This document shows positions 26,981 through 37,396 of a stretch of DNA of 41,894 nucleotides, one piece after another. Every line of letters begins with the position of its first letter. Within the stretch, counting starts at the first letter, position 1. The position numbers and the translations under genes are program-made. Source of the DNA: an uncultured Lachnobacterium sp. GTDB lineage: Bacteria > Bacillota > Clostridia > Lachnospirales > Lachnospiraceae. The notes under the pieces were generated by a model, which saw nothing but the letters and a program-made list of their open reading frames with translations, was not told the DNA's origin and searched no databases. The stretch lies in contig CAYMYV010000001.1 of NCBI GenBank assembly GCA_964394775.1, positions 1-41,894 of the forward strand. Direction: 5' to 3'.

Positions 26981-28645
26981 ATGTTGAACTTTAAAAGATA
27001 CAAAAGAGTACCGGTTGTAGATTACCCACAGCGTCAGTGGCCAAACAAAGAGATAGAGAAAGCACCAATCTGGTGTTCCGTTGACCTGCGTGATGGGAAT
27101 CAGGCTCTGATAGAGCCAATGACAGTGGAGGAAAAGGTCGAGATGTTTCAGCTGTTGCTGAAGCTGGGCTTCAAGGAAATTGAAATCGGTTTCCCGGCAG
27201 CCTCTCAGATTGAATTTGATTTCCTGCGCAAGCTGGTAGCAGAGAATATGATTCCGGATGATGTAAAGGTACAGGTGTTATGCCAGTGCCGTCAGAATCT
27301 GATTGACCGTACCTTTGAAGCAATCGAAGGAATTAAAAACGTAGTATTTCATATCTATAATTCGACATCAACTCTCCAGAGAGATGTAGTATTCCATAAG
27401 GATAGACCTGAGATTATTCAAATAGCAATCAATGGAACCCGTATGGTCAAGGAAGGTATGAAGAACTATTCCGGAAACCTTCAGCTGGAATATTCTCCGG
27501 AGAGCTTTACGGGAACAGAATTGGATTTTGCACTTGAAATCTGTACGGCAGTGCAGAGGGAATGGAATCATGCCAATGAGAATCCAATTATTTTTAACCT
27601 GCCTGCAACCGTGGAGATGAATACTCCAAATGTATATGCAGACCAGATTGAATGGATGAATACCCATTTTGAGGATAGAGAAAATGTTATTTTAAGTGTG
27701 CATCCTCATAACGACAGAGGTACCGGCGTGGCTGCAACAGAGCTTGCAATTCTGGCAGGAGCAGACCGTGTAGAAGGAACTCTGTTTGGAAATGGCGAGA
27801 GAACAGGTAACGTAGATATCCTAAACCTTGCATATAACATGTTCTCACAGGGCATTAACCCGGAACTTGACTTAGAGAATGTGAACGAAATTATCGACGT
27901 ATACGAAAGATGCTGCAAGATGCAGGTCGGCATGCGTCATCCATATGCCGGAAAGCTTGTGTTCACTGCATTTTCCGGTTCTCATCAGGATGCAATCAAC
28001 AAGGGAGAGCAGGCACTCAAGGAACGTGGCGCTGAGATTTGGGAGGTACCATATCTTCCAATTGACCCGGCAGACGTAGGACGCGAGTATGAGCCGGTGG
28101 TTCGTATTAACAGCCAGTCCGGAAAAGGTGGCGTAGCCTTTGTTATGAATACAATATATGGCTACAAGCTTCCTAAGGCAATGCATAGAGAATTTGCAGA
28201 TGTGATTCAGCTAATCTCTGAAACAGAAGGGGGCGAGGTTGCACCGGCACGTATTATGGATGCGTTCCGTGAAGAGTACTTAATATGCAAGACACCTTAT
28301 GAGTTCGTTAGTGCAAGAGTAGAGGATGATCACGACGAAGAAGAAACTAAGGTTACCTTAGTATTCAGATATAATGGAGAAGAAATCGTATCACAGGCAA
28401 GAGGCAATGGTCCAATCGACGCAGTTCGACTTGCAATTTACCAGAGTGTTGGTACAATGGATATCGCAATCTTAGACTATGACGAGCATGCGCTTAGCGA
28501 AGGCTCACATGCAAAAGCAGCAGCTTACATCCAGATGCGTGATAACCGTACAGGTAACGTGACATTTGGTGTTGGTGTAAGCAGCAATATTACAAGAGCG
28601 TCTATACGAGCAGTATTCTCCGCAATCAATAGATTAGTGAAGTAA
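26981..28645 (+). CDS. leuA: 2-isopropylmalate synthase (yeast/actinobacterial-type LeuA)
   Basis: WCSVDLRDGNQAL, YSPESF, HPHNDRG, GNGERTGN, SGSHQDAI, RINSQSGKGG motifs. Confidence 0.96.
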   Translation: MLNFKRYKRVPVVDYPQRQWPNKEIEKAPIWCSVDLRDGNQALIEPMTVEEKVEMFQLLLKLGFKEIEIGFPAASQIEFDFLRKLVAENMIPDDVKVQVLCQCRQNLIDRTFEAIEGIKNVVFHIYNSTSTLQRDVVFHKDRPEIIQIAINGTRMVKEGMKNYSGNLQLEYSPESFTGTELDFALEICTAVQREWNHANENPIIFNLPATVEMNTPNVYADQIEWMNTHFEDRENVILSVHPHNDRGTGVAATELAILAGADRVEGTLFGNGERTGNVDILNLAYNMFSQGINPELDLENVNEIIDVYERCCKMQVGMRHPYAGKLVFTAFSGSHQDAINKGEQALKERGAEIWEVPYLPIDPADVGREYEPVVRINSQSGKGGVAFVMNTIYGYKLPKAMHREFADVIQLISETEGGEVAPARIMDAFREEYLICKTPYEFVSARVEDDHDEEETKVTLVFRYNGEEIVSQARGNGPIDAVRLAIYQSVGTMDIAILDYDEHALSEGSHAKAAAYIQMRDNRTGNVTFGVGVSSNITRASIRAVFSAINRLVK

Positions 28646-28708
28646 CAACGACTTAACGGTTCTTGTGGCGAGAATGGTTAGGTTGTGAATTATGGGAGGG
28701 AATCCGAA

Positions 28709-30148
28709 GTGTATCGAAAGATAAGCAGTGGCTGGTTGAAACATTGGGATTTCGAATTAGCAGATTTAATTTGTATTGAGATTGCATTTTTCTGGGCATA
28801 TTATTTGCGACATAAAGATGCATTAGCAACTACAGCCGGATGGTATGTGAAGTTAGGAATTATCATGCTGTTTATTCAGTGCTTAGTTATGTTTTTGGGA
28901 AACGGCTACAAAAATATTGTACAGCGTGGACCTGGCAAGGAGTTCTTGTCCGTAATTCAGCATGTAACCATCGTAGAAGTATTATTCGTTACTTATGAGT
29001 TCATCATGAAAGAAACAGATGCTTTATCTCGCTACGTAATTTTAGTGAGCTGGGTAATTAGTGTTGTATTGTGTTATGTGGTCAGGCTGTTGGTAAAGGC
29101 TTTTGTAAGAAGTCGATTAACATCGGAACGACATCAGTCTAAGATGCTGGTTGTAACCACGCAGAGTAGGGCATTAACCTGCATGAATCTTTTATTAACC
29201 AAAAAGATTCGTGAATACCGTATTACATGTATTGCTATGCCAGCAGAAGATCAAGTTGAAGAAGAGAAGGTCTCAAATTTAGATTTAGTATATGGTGATA
29301 GGGCCTTCTGGGAATATGTCAGAACAAATGTTGTTGATGAGGTGTATGTGGATACTTTCCATAGTCCGGAAGAGTTAAATATAGCGGTAGAACAACTTCT
29401 AGCTATGGGTATTACCGTTCACATTGGAATGGGATTTTTGCCTAACAATCTTCCGAACCAGTTTATTGAAAAGATTGGAAAAATGCAGGCTGTTACAACT
29501 ACCATTAAAACCGCAAGAAATTGGGAGATTACAGCAAAAAGAATGATGGATATTGTTGGTGCAGCGATAGGACTTGTTTTAGCAGGCATAGCGTATATTG
29601 TCATTGCGCCAATTATTAAGAAAGAATCTCCGGGGCCCGTCCTTTTTAAGCAGAAACGAGTTGGACGTAATGGTCGTGTCTTTAATTTGTACAAATTTAG
29701 GTCCATGGATGTGGGGGCAGAAGAGCATCAACAAGAATTGATGAATCAGAATGAAATGAAAGGTCATATGTTTAAAATGACCGAGGATCCAAGAATCATT
29801 GGATTAGAAAAGGGAGCTGCAAAAAGTATTGGTTATTTTATACGTAAGACAAGCATTGATGAGCTTCCACAGTTTTGGAATGTATTAAAGGGCGAGATGA
29901 GTCTTGTAGGAACAAGACCACCGACAGTGGAAGAATACGAGCAATACGAGTTTCATCATAAAATTAGACTTAGCATGAAGCCTGGTATAACAGGGGTATG
30001 GCAGGTGGCAGGTAGAAGTAATATTACTGATTTTGAAGAAATTGTAAAATTGGATACAGAATATATTGAAAACTGGTCATTGGCATTAGATGCTAAACTG
30101 ATATGTAAAACAATCGTAGTTGTGTTTAAACAAATCGGAGCAAAATAA
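28709..30148 (+). CDS. Polyprenyl glycosylphosphotransferase (priming sugar transferase, WcaJ/CpsE-like)
   Basis: N-terminal TMs; KRMMDIVG, YKFRSM, DELPQFWNVLKGEMSLVGTRP, KPGITG. GGGAGG RBS favours GTG 28709. Confidence 0.93.
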   Translation: MYRKISSGWLKHWDFELADLICIEIAFFWAYYLRHKDALATTAGWYVKLGIIMLFIQCLVMFLGNGYKNIVQRGPGKEFLSVIQHVTIVEVLFVTYEFIMKETDALSRYVILVSWVISVVLCYVVRLLVKAFVRSRLTSERHQSKMLVVTTQSRALTCMNLLLTKKIREYRITCIAMPAEDQVEEEKVSNLDLVYGDRAFWEYVRTNVVDEVYVDTFHSPEELNIAVEQLLAMGITVHIGMGFLPNNLPNQFIEKIGKMQAVTTTIKTARNWEITAKRMMDIVGAAIGLVLAGIAYIVIAPIIKKESPGPVLFKQKRVGRNGRVFNLYKFRSMDVGAEEHQQELMNQNEMKGHMFKMTEDPRIIGLEKGAAKSIGYFIRKTSIDELPQFWNVLKGEMSLVGTRPPTVEEYEQYEFHHKIRLSMKPGITGVWQVAGRSNITDFEEIVKLDTEYIENWSLALDAKLICKTIVVVFKQIGAK

Positions 30149-30153
30149 TTAGT

Positions 30154-30948
30154 ATGAATATTAAGGTAATTGTTGCATCCCATAAACTCTATCAGATGCC
30201 TATAGATGATATGTACCTTCCGGTTCAGGTTGGTGCCCAAGGCAAAGAGGCAATTGGATATATTCGAGATGATTCAGGAGAGCATATTTCTGAGAAAAAT
30301 CCGTATTATTGTGAGCTGACTGGTTTGTACTGGGCTTGGAAAAATTTGGATGCAGATTATTTAGGGCTGGTTCATTATCGCCGTCATTTCAGAGGGGGAG
30401 TAACGACGAAGGACAAGTTCCAAAGCATCATAGGAAAACACGAAGTGGAAACAATATTGCGGGAACATAGCGTTATTGTTCCTAAAAAGCGTAAATACTA
30501 TATTGAAACGTTGTATTCTCATTATAAGCATACGCATTATGTGGAACATCTGGAGAGTATAAAAAGAATCATTGTACAAAAATTTCCGGAATATAGTGCA
30601 TCGTATGATGAAGTACTTAATCATACATATGGGTATATGTTCAATATGATGATTATGAAACGTGAGTATTGTAATGCATATTGTGAATGGTTGTTTGATA
30701 TACTTTTTGAATTGGAAAAAGAAGTAAATGCAGAAGAATTATCAGATTTTCAGAAAAGGCTTTATGGAAGAGTGAGTGAGATTCTTTTTAATGTCTGGCT
30801 GGATTATCAAGTAAAGACCGGTCGGTTTAGTAAAGGAGATATCATTGAAGTGCCACATATGCATATGGAAAAAATCAATTGGTTTAAAAAGGGAGTCAGC
30901 TTTCTACAAGCGAAATTTTTTAGAAATAAGTATGAAAAAAGCTTCTAA
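30154..30948 (+). CDS. DUF4422 glycosyltransferase (galactofuranosyltransferase-like)
   Basis: DDSGEHISEKNPYYCELTGLYWAWKN, GLVHYRR, 'RLYGRVSEILFNVW'. Confidence 0.85.
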   Translation: MNIKVIVASHKLYQMPIDDMYLPVQVGAQGKEAIGYIRDDSGEHISEKNPYYCELTGLYWAWKNLDADYLGLVHYRRHFRGGVTTKDKFQSIIGKHEVETILREHSVIVPKKRKYYIETLYSHYKHTHYVEHLESIKRIIVQKFPEYSASYDEVLNHTYGYMFNMMIMKREYCNAYCEWLFDILFELEKEVNAEELSDFQKRLYGRVSEILFNVWLDYQVKTGRFSKGDIIEVPHMHMEKINWFKKGVSFLQAKFFRNKYEKSF

Positions 30949-31976
30949 TGAGTAGCACGAGAAGGAATAGAGGTATGGCAGAAAACATGGAAAAAAGACC
31001 GCTGGTTTCAGTATGTTGCCTGGCATATAATCATGAAAATACGATTGCACAAGCCATAGAGGGAGTTCTAAGTCAAAAAACAAATTTTGATATAGAGATG
31101 ATTATACATGACGATGCGTCGACGGATCAAACGGCAGAGATTATTTGCGAATATGTGAACAAATATCCGGGGATTATTCGTCCAATTTATCAGGAAGTAA
31201 ATCAATATCACAATTGTAATTTGGCAAAAGAGTATGTGAATCCATTGGTGCGTGGAAAGTATATTGCAATATGTGAAGGTGATGATTATTGGACAAATCC
31301 AAATAAGCTTCAAATTCAGATAGATTACATGGAAGCGCATCCAGAATGTGCTATGACATTTCATGCAATCGAGCAATTAGATACAGATGGAAAAACAATT
31401 GACTATTATCCGATGCGTGAAAGTGGAATAGTTCCAACAGAACTTGTCATCAAAAGAGGGGGGTTGTTTTGTCCGTCTGTTTCGCTTGTAATAAGAAGTG
31501 ATGTTTGTATGAAGTGGCCTAAGTTTCGTGTTAAGGCAAAAATATATGATTATCCAATTCAAATATTATCTGCCTTAGAAGGCTCTATTTATTATATTCA
31601 TGAAAAGATGGGAGTGTATCGATATGCATCTGCTGGTTCATGGACACAGGAGAGAGAAAAAAAGACGGACTTTTTCCATATTCAAAATGAAATAGAGTGG
31701 CTAGGAATGTTTGATGAATATTCCAATGGGGAATATGTAGATGCTATTAATTTTCAGATTGCACGTCTTTGGCTGGCTGAATACAAGAAAAATCTTGATT
31801 CCATATGTAAAGAACAAGCGAAAAAGGCCATAGATAAGCTTCATGGAAGTGATAAACGGAAGCTGTTGTTGGCCTGGTATGTATTTCGTCTGGGCGGAAG
31901 ATTTTCTATCAAGGCAGTGTCAGCAATGAGACAAAGCCAATTGTGGAACAATCTTAGAAATAAGTTTATAAAATAG
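30948..31976 (+). CDS. GT2 glycosyltransferase (start could be 30975)
   Basis: VSVCCLAYNHE, HDDASTD, YIAICEGDDYW motifs. Confidence 0.9.
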   Translation: MSSTRRNRGMAENMEKRPLVSVCCLAYNHENTIAQAIEGVLSQKTNFDIEMIIHDDASTDQTAEIICEYVNKYPGIIRPIYQEVNQYHNCNLAKEYVNPLVRGKYIAICEGDDYWTNPNKLQIQIDYMEAHPECAMTFHAIEQLDTDGKTIDYYPMRESGIVPTELVIKRGGLFCPSVSLVIRSDVCMKWPKFRVKAKIYDYPIQILSALEGSIYYIHEKMGVYRYASAGSWTQEREKKTDFFHIQNEIEWLGMFDEYSNGEYVDAINFQIARLWLAEYKKNLDSICKEQAKKAIDKLHGSDKRKLLLAWYVFRLGGRFSIKAVSAMRQSQLWNNLRNKFIK

Positions 31977-31998
31977 ATAAGTTTTGAGAGGTAATACT

Positions 31999-33117
31999 AT
32001 GTCAGATAAGATTTTGGTAACACGTTCTTCAATGCCACCATATGAAGAGTACATTGAAGAAATTAAAGAATTGTGGGAGACTAGATGGTTAACCAATTCT
32101 GGCGCAAAACATGTACAATTGGAAAAAAAATTATGTGAATATTTAACAGTATCCAATGTTGCATTGTGTACGAATGGGCATCTTGCATTAGAATGTATTT
32201 TGGAGGTGTTCGGTTTTGAGGCAGGCAGTGAAGTAATCACAACACCATTTACATTTGTGTCTACAACTAACGCTATTGTTCGAAAAGGTCTTATTCCGGT
32301 ATTTTGTGATATTAACGAAAATGATTTTACAATTGATGTAAATAAGATAGAAAGTCTAATTACAGATAAGACTTGCGCAATTATGCCAGTACATGTGTAT
32401 GGAAATTTGTGTGATAATGATGCAATTATGGAAATTGCCAAAAAATATAATTTAAAGGTAATTTATGATGCGGCACATGCATTTGGTGTTCGTAAGGATG
32501 GTATAGGTGTAGCGGAACTTGGAGATGCATCTATGTTTAGTTTCCATGCAACTAAAGTTTTCCATACAATTGAGGGTGGTGCAGCAACATTTGCGGATGA
32601 TGGATATTGCCAAAAACTTAATCAATGTAAGAATTTTGGCATCAATGCAAATGGTGATTTGGACTTTGCGGGCGGAAATGCAAAGATGAACGAATTTGCT
32701 GCAGCAATGGGACTTTGTAATTTGCGTCGAATTGATGCTTCTATCGAATCAAGAGGACAAGCAGCTACGCGTTACAGAGAGCTATTAAGTGATGTGGAAG
32801 GTCTTCAGCTAAGCGTTGTGCAGGAAGGAGTAGTAAGTAACTATGCCTATTTCCCAATTGTAGTCCACCCGGAAATTTTTGGGGCATCAAGAGAGAATAT
32901 TGTAGAAGCGCTTGAGAAGAATAATATTGGGGCAAGAAAATATTTCTACCCATTAACAAATACAGTTGGAAGCTTCAACGGGATGTATTCTTTAAAAGAT
33001 ACACCAGTTGCAGCGAAAATTTCTGAGAACGTATTATGTCTGCCATTATACGAAGATTTAAGTATAGTAGACGTAGAACGTATCTGTAAAATTATTAAAG
33101 AGGTAAAAGGAGAATAA
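31999..33117 (+). CDS. DegT/DnrJ PLP aminotransferase, VioA-like (dTDP-4-amino-4,6-dideoxyglucose synthesis)
   Basis: TPFTF, PVHVYG, YDAAHAFG, FSFHATKVFHTIEGG, NAKMNEF, RKYFYP motifs. Confidence 0.85.
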   Translation: MSDKILVTRSSMPPYEEYIEEIKELWETRWLTNSGAKHVQLEKKLCEYLTVSNVALCTNGHLALECILEVFGFEAGSEVITTPFTFVSTTNAIVRKGLIPVFCDINENDFTIDVNKIESLITDKTCAIMPVHVYGNLCDNDAIMEIAKKYNLKVIYDAAHAFGVRKDGIGVAELGDASMFSFHATKVFHTIEGGAATFADDGYCQKLNQCKNFGINANGDLDFAGGNAKMNEFAAAMGLCNLRRIDASIESRGQAATRYRELLSDVEGLQLSVVQEGVVSNYAYFPIVVHPEIFGASRENIVEALEKNNIGARKYFYPLTNTVGSFNGMYSLKDTPVAAKISENVLCLPLYEDLSIVDVERICKIIKEVKGE

Positions 33118-33119
33118 CA

Positions 33120-33833
33120 GTGAATATTGGGTTACTTATCGCAGGTGGAAGCGGTGCTCGTATGCAGCAGGATATTCCAAAACAGTTTATTACCGTAAAT
33201 GAAAAACCAGTTATTGTTTATACTTTAGAAGCGTTTCAAAGACATGCAGATATTGATGCGATTGCTGTAGTGTGTATTGAAGGATGGGAGCAGATGCTTT
33301 GGGCTTACGCTCGCCAGTTCAACATTACAAAACTAAAATACATTGTACCAGGTGGAGAAAATGGACAGGGCTCTATCCGTAATGGCGTGTTTGAATTAGA
33401 GAAGCATTTTGGTCCGGATGATATTGTATTAATTCATGATGCAATCAGACCAATGGTTTCAGAAGAAATTATTTCAGATTGCATTATTAAAACAAGAAAA
33501 CATGGTTGTGGAATTGCTGTTATTCCATGTGCAGAAGCAATGGTTATGACCGATGATGAAAAAACATCTGTTGAGTGTTATCCAAGAAATAATCTGAAAC
33601 GTACACAGACTCCACAAGGTTTTAGGCTCGGAAAAATTTGTGATCTTCATAGAAAGGCTCTTGAAGAAGGAATCACAAATTCTATAGCATCGGTTACCTT
33701 AATGACAGAATTAGGAGAAAAGGTATATTTTTCGGCGGGGTCTGAGAAGAATATTAAGCTTACAACAGTGGAAGATATTGATATATTCAAAGCTTTACTC
33801 GTAGCCAAGAGATCAGATTGGTTGAAGTCCTAA
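33120..33833 (+). CDS. IspD/TarI-family sugar-alcohol-phosphate cytidylyltransferase
   Basis: AGGSGARM..DIPKQF, IHDAIRP, QTPQ, NIKLTT motifs. Confidence 0.9.
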   Translation: MNIGLLIAGGSGARMQQDIPKQFITVNEKPVIVYTLEAFQRHADIDAIAVVCIEGWEQMLWAYARQFNITKLKYIVPGGENGQGSIRNGVFELEKHFGPDDIVLIHDAIRPMVSEEIISDCIIKTRKHGCGIAVIPCAEAMVMTDDEKTSVECYPRNNLKRTQTPQGFRLGKICDLHRKALEEGITNSIASVTLMTELGEKVYFSAGSEKNIKLTTVEDIDIFKALLVAKRSDWLKS

Positions 33834-33854
33834 CTACAAGGAGGGGGAGAAACT

Positions 33855-34919
33855 TTGTATAGGAGTGCAATATATATGCAGGATGTTGAGAATGCAATCC
33901 ATTCAACATTATGCATGGAAAAATTAAGAAATAAAGCTGTTTTAATAACTGGTGCAACAGGTCTAATAGGTTCTTTTGTAATTGATGTGTTATTGCAGTA
34001 TAACAAGATTGCTGATGCAAACATAGATATCTATGCTGTGGGCAGAAGTAAGCAGAGACTAGTCGACAGATTCCAGGAGATTTCTACAGAAAAACTCCAT
34101 TATATAGAGCAGGATGTAAATAAAGAACCACAGTTTGACATCAAGCTTGATTATATCATTCATGCAGCTAGTAATGCTTATCCGGCAGCTTTTGATAAAG
34201 ATCCAGTTGGAACGATTTTAAGTAATTTATTGGGAACCAATTATTTGTTGGAATATGCAAGAACACATGATGTAGAGAGATTTTTATTTGTATCCTCCGG
34301 AGAAGTGTATGGACAAAGTGATTCTGTAGTAGAAGCCTTTGCAGAGAATTATAGTGGTTATGTAGATCCAGTGCAGCCTAGGTCTTGCTATCCAACATCC
34401 AAGCGTGCTGCAGAGAATTTGTGTGTATCATATACCAAACAGTATGGACTTGATACTGTAATTGTACGTCCATGTCACACATATGGACCAAATGTTACAC
34501 AAAGCGATAATCGTGCCAGTGTTCAGTTTATAAATAATGCAGTTAATAACGAGAATATTGTTATGAAGAGTCGTGGAGCGCAGCTGCGTTCTTATTGTTA
34601 TGTGGCAGATTGTGCATCTGCTCTTCTTTCTGTCCTTACAAGTGGGGAAAGCGCGTCAGCATACAATATTGCAAATAAAGATGCTAGAGTTACTATTTCG
34701 GAATTTGCAGCAGAGACGGCGAAGGTTGTCGGAAAGACGGTAGTATATGAAGAAGCTGATACATCTGAAAAACAACAGCAAACACCGATTACCTACGCTG
34801 TGCTTGACAGCGAGAAGTTATATGCATTAGGTTGGAAGGGGTTATATAGTGTTTCAGAAGGGGTAACGAATACAGTTAGAATTTTGCAAAACAAGAAATA
34901 TGGCGAGGAGTCAAAATAA
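33855..34919 (+). CDS. NAD-dependent epimerase/reductase (extended SDR), likely CDP-alditol-forming partner
   Basis: TTG start after GGAGGGGGAG; TGATGLIGS, SSGEVYG, YPTSK (YxxxK). Confidence 0.85.
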   Translation: MYRSAIYMQDVENAIHSTLCMEKLRNKAVLITGATGLIGSFVIDVLLQYNKIADANIDIYAVGRSKQRLVDRFQEISTEKLHYIEQDVNKEPQFDIKLDYIIHAASNAYPAAFDKDPVGTILSNLLGTNYLLEYARTHDVERFLFVSSGEVYGQSDSVVEAFAENYSGYVDPVQPRSCYPTSKRAAENLCVSYTKQYGLDTVIVRPCHTYGPNVTQSDNRASVQFINNAVNNENIVMKSRGAQLRSYCYVADCASALLSVLTSGESASAYNIANKDARVTISEFAAETAKVVGKTVVYEEADTSEKQQQTPITYAVLDSEKLYALGWKGLYSVSEGVTNTVRILQNKKYGEESK

Positions 34920-37381
34920 TGGAAATGCAGAAAAAAGTAAATTTTAAATATGCAACTTTATACAATCCGGAAGTAGATACATACTGCACAGATGCGAGTC
35001 TGACAGGACTTGTCATGGGTCCGGAGACAGCAAAGCGTTTTGAGGCAAACGATGACGATTGTGCGGTAACCGTATGTTGTATCACATATGGACATGAGGA
35101 ATTAATAAGACAAGCATTAGATAGTTTTTTAATGCAGAAGACAAATTTCAAGTTTAAAGTATTTGTAGGTGAGGATTGTGGCCCAGATGGAACCGCAGAT
35201 ATAATTAGAGAATATGCTGAGAAATATCCGGACATTATCGTACCATTTATCCGTGAGACCAATATGGGTGCACAGACCAATTTGATTGACCTGTGTATGC
35301 GAGCAAACAGCCCATATATCGCATTTTGTGAAGGGGACGATTTTTGGATTGACGAGTACAAGCTTCAAAAGCAGTTTGATTATATGCAGGAGCATGAAGA
35401 TATTAGAATGTGTTATACAAGAACAGAAATTCTTGCTCCAGAAGATTGGCATCTAAATCATTATTATAAACATGAGAAAGATGGAAAAATGATTATTCCT
35501 GGATGTACACCAGGCTTTAAAGAAAAACCATACTATACTGCAAAAGACTTCATAGCAGTATTTCCAAATCATACTTCTTCTGCCTTTTATCGTTGGAATT
35601 ACGACTTAGATGTTCCAGATTGGTACTTTACGGGATTAATCGGTGATACGCCAATTACAATTCTTCAGATGGGAATGGGTAAAGCCGTATACTTACCAGA
35701 TGTAACTTCTGTATATCGTAGAAGTGATGTTGGTGTATTTATGAACAAATCTGATTTGGATCACTTTGCGAAAACCCGTTTAGACTATGTTCGTTTGTTA
35801 AGCGGGTTACGTAGCTATTTTAATCAGAATTTCGATGGCGCATATAGTGATGTATATCGTTATCGTATTACAAAAGAAATCGCAAATTATTTGTCTAGTG
35901 CAAAAGAATATCGGAATGAAGAAATGGTAATGGAATTGGCAAGACTATATCCAGAAGAAATGTTTGATGCAATGCATACTTTTTTGGGGTCTTACAATAT
36001 TTACACAGCATTACAAAGAAAAATTGAGCCAAAGACATTGTATCATTTATGTCAGACTAGAAGAGGTTGCTATTTCGCAATTCCAGGCTTATGGGTATAT
36101 AGCTTTCTTCATAATACGAAGATTCGTGTTCAGAAAGCTAAGAAATTAACTAAAAAATACATCGTAGGGTGGTATAGATATTGGAAGAATTCTAAGATTC
36201 AGAAAGAGAAGAATTTGTGGGTGTTCTCAGGCTTTAGACATACGAATTACATGGATAATGCAATGTATTTCTATGAATATATTCTGGAAAATCATCCGGA
36301 GATTAATGCGGTTTGGATTACTACCAATAATTCCATCTATACCAACTTAAAGGCGCAGAATAAGCCAGTTATGCATATGACTTCTAAAGAAGGTATGGAG
36401 ACGATGGCAAAAGCGGAAATTGCGGTAACAGACCACTTTGTAATGTCTGACTTTGATCCATTATATGGCTTTAATGACAAGACCAAGGTTGTGCAATTGT
36501 GGCATGGTGTTGGATTTAAGTCCATGGGAGATGCAAATGGTGTTCGTAACACGACAGAACGTGGCGTTCAGTATAGTAAAGATATTCTGATTGATCAAAA
36601 TGATGGTATTTTTACACGACTTTGCAAACGTATTAAGTATTGTTTTGTTGCTCCATTTAGAGAGAAATTCGAAAAATATTTTTTGTTTGTGTGTCCAGGA
36701 CAGGAACGTATCGATATGATCGCAAAAGTATGGAATGTTCCAATGGATAATTGCTTTATGGCAGGACATCCAAGAGATTTGCCTGTATATGAGGCTGAAA
36801 TACAGAAAGATCCTATCAAGATTATGTACGCTCCAACCTATCGCTTTAATCCAAAACGTGAAACTGCGATGGTAAAAGAATTCTTAGATGCTGCAGACCA
36901 GATTCAGGAATTAATGGAAAAGGTAAATGGTGAGTTCTATCTGCGTATGCATCCACATACATGGCGTAACTACAGTGCAAGGATAGAAAATATCTTGGAT
37001 AAGTATGATAGAATTTTCCATGACACTTCAAAGGATGTATATCAGCAGATTGGAACATTCTCAGTTTTGATTTCGGACTACTCAAGTATTGCGCTTGACT
37101 TTGCAATGTTAGATCGCCCTGTTATTTTCCATGGGGCAGACTATGACTGGTTTGTTAAAAACGAAGCAGGGTTTAATCTGGATTTTCCTAACGTAATTCC
37201 AGGACCTATGACTATGGATTGGGACGAAACATTGCGGAAGGTAAACGACTATATTGCAAATCCAGATGAGGATAAGGAATTGCGTACAGAACGCTGTAAA
37301 TATTTCTTTGACAAAGAAGTGAATGGACCAGACAACTCTAAACGTATCGTAGAAGAAATTAAGAAACGCATTAGTTTATAA
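34919..37381 (+). CDS. Fused GT2 glycosyltransferase / TagF-like CDP-alditol phosphotransferase
   Basis: N-terminal GT2 (GEDCGPD, FCEGDDFW); C-terminal TagF motifs QLWHG, GHPRD, YAPTYR, RMHP, SDYSSIALDF. Confidence 0.88.
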   Translation: MEMQKKVNFKYATLYNPEVDTYCTDASLTGLVMGPETAKRFEANDDDCAVTVCCITYGHEELIRQALDSFLMQKTNFKFKVFVGEDCGPDGTADIIREYAEKYPDIIVPFIRETNMGAQTNLIDLCMRANSPYIAFCEGDDFWIDEYKLQKQFDYMQEHEDIRMCYTRTEILAPEDWHLNHYYKHEKDGKMIIPGCTPGFKEKPYYTAKDFIAVFPNHTSSAFYRWNYDLDVPDWYFTGLIGDTPITILQMGMGKAVYLPDVTSVYRRSDVGVFMNKSDLDHFAKTRLDYVRLLSGLRSYFNQNFDGAYSDVYRYRITKEIANYLSSAKEYRNEEMVMELARLYPEEMFDAMHTFLGSYNIYTALQRKIEPKTLYHLCQTRRGCYFAIPGLWVYSFLHNTKIRVQKAKKLTKKYIVGWYRYWKNSKIQKEKNLWVFSGFRHTNYMDNAMYFYEYILENHPEINAVWITTNNSIYTNLKAQNKPVMHMTSKEGMETMAKAEIAVTDHFVMSDFDPLYGFNDKTKVVQLWHGVGFKSMGDANGVRNTTERGVQYSKDILIDQNDGIFTRLCKRIKYCFVAPFREKFEKYFLFVCPGQERIDMIAKVWNVPMDNCFMAGHPRDLPVYEAEIQKDPIKIMYAPTYRFNPKRETAMVKEFLDAADQIQELMEKVNGEFYLRMHPHTWRNYSARIENILDKYDRIFHDTSKDVYQQIGTFSVLISDYSSIALDFAMLDRPVIFHGADYDWFVKNEAGFNLDFPNVIPGPMTMDWDETLRKVNDYIANPDEDKELRTERCKYFFDKEVNGPDNSKRIVEEIKKRISL

Positions 37382-37396
37382 TTCGGAGGGAAATAG

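Noticed and set aside
34919..37381. vanZ or tagF-like genes as an antibiotic-resistance island
   Set aside because: No vanHAX/vanRS genes; VanZ-like and TagF-like proteins are common housekeeping or surface-polymer genes.
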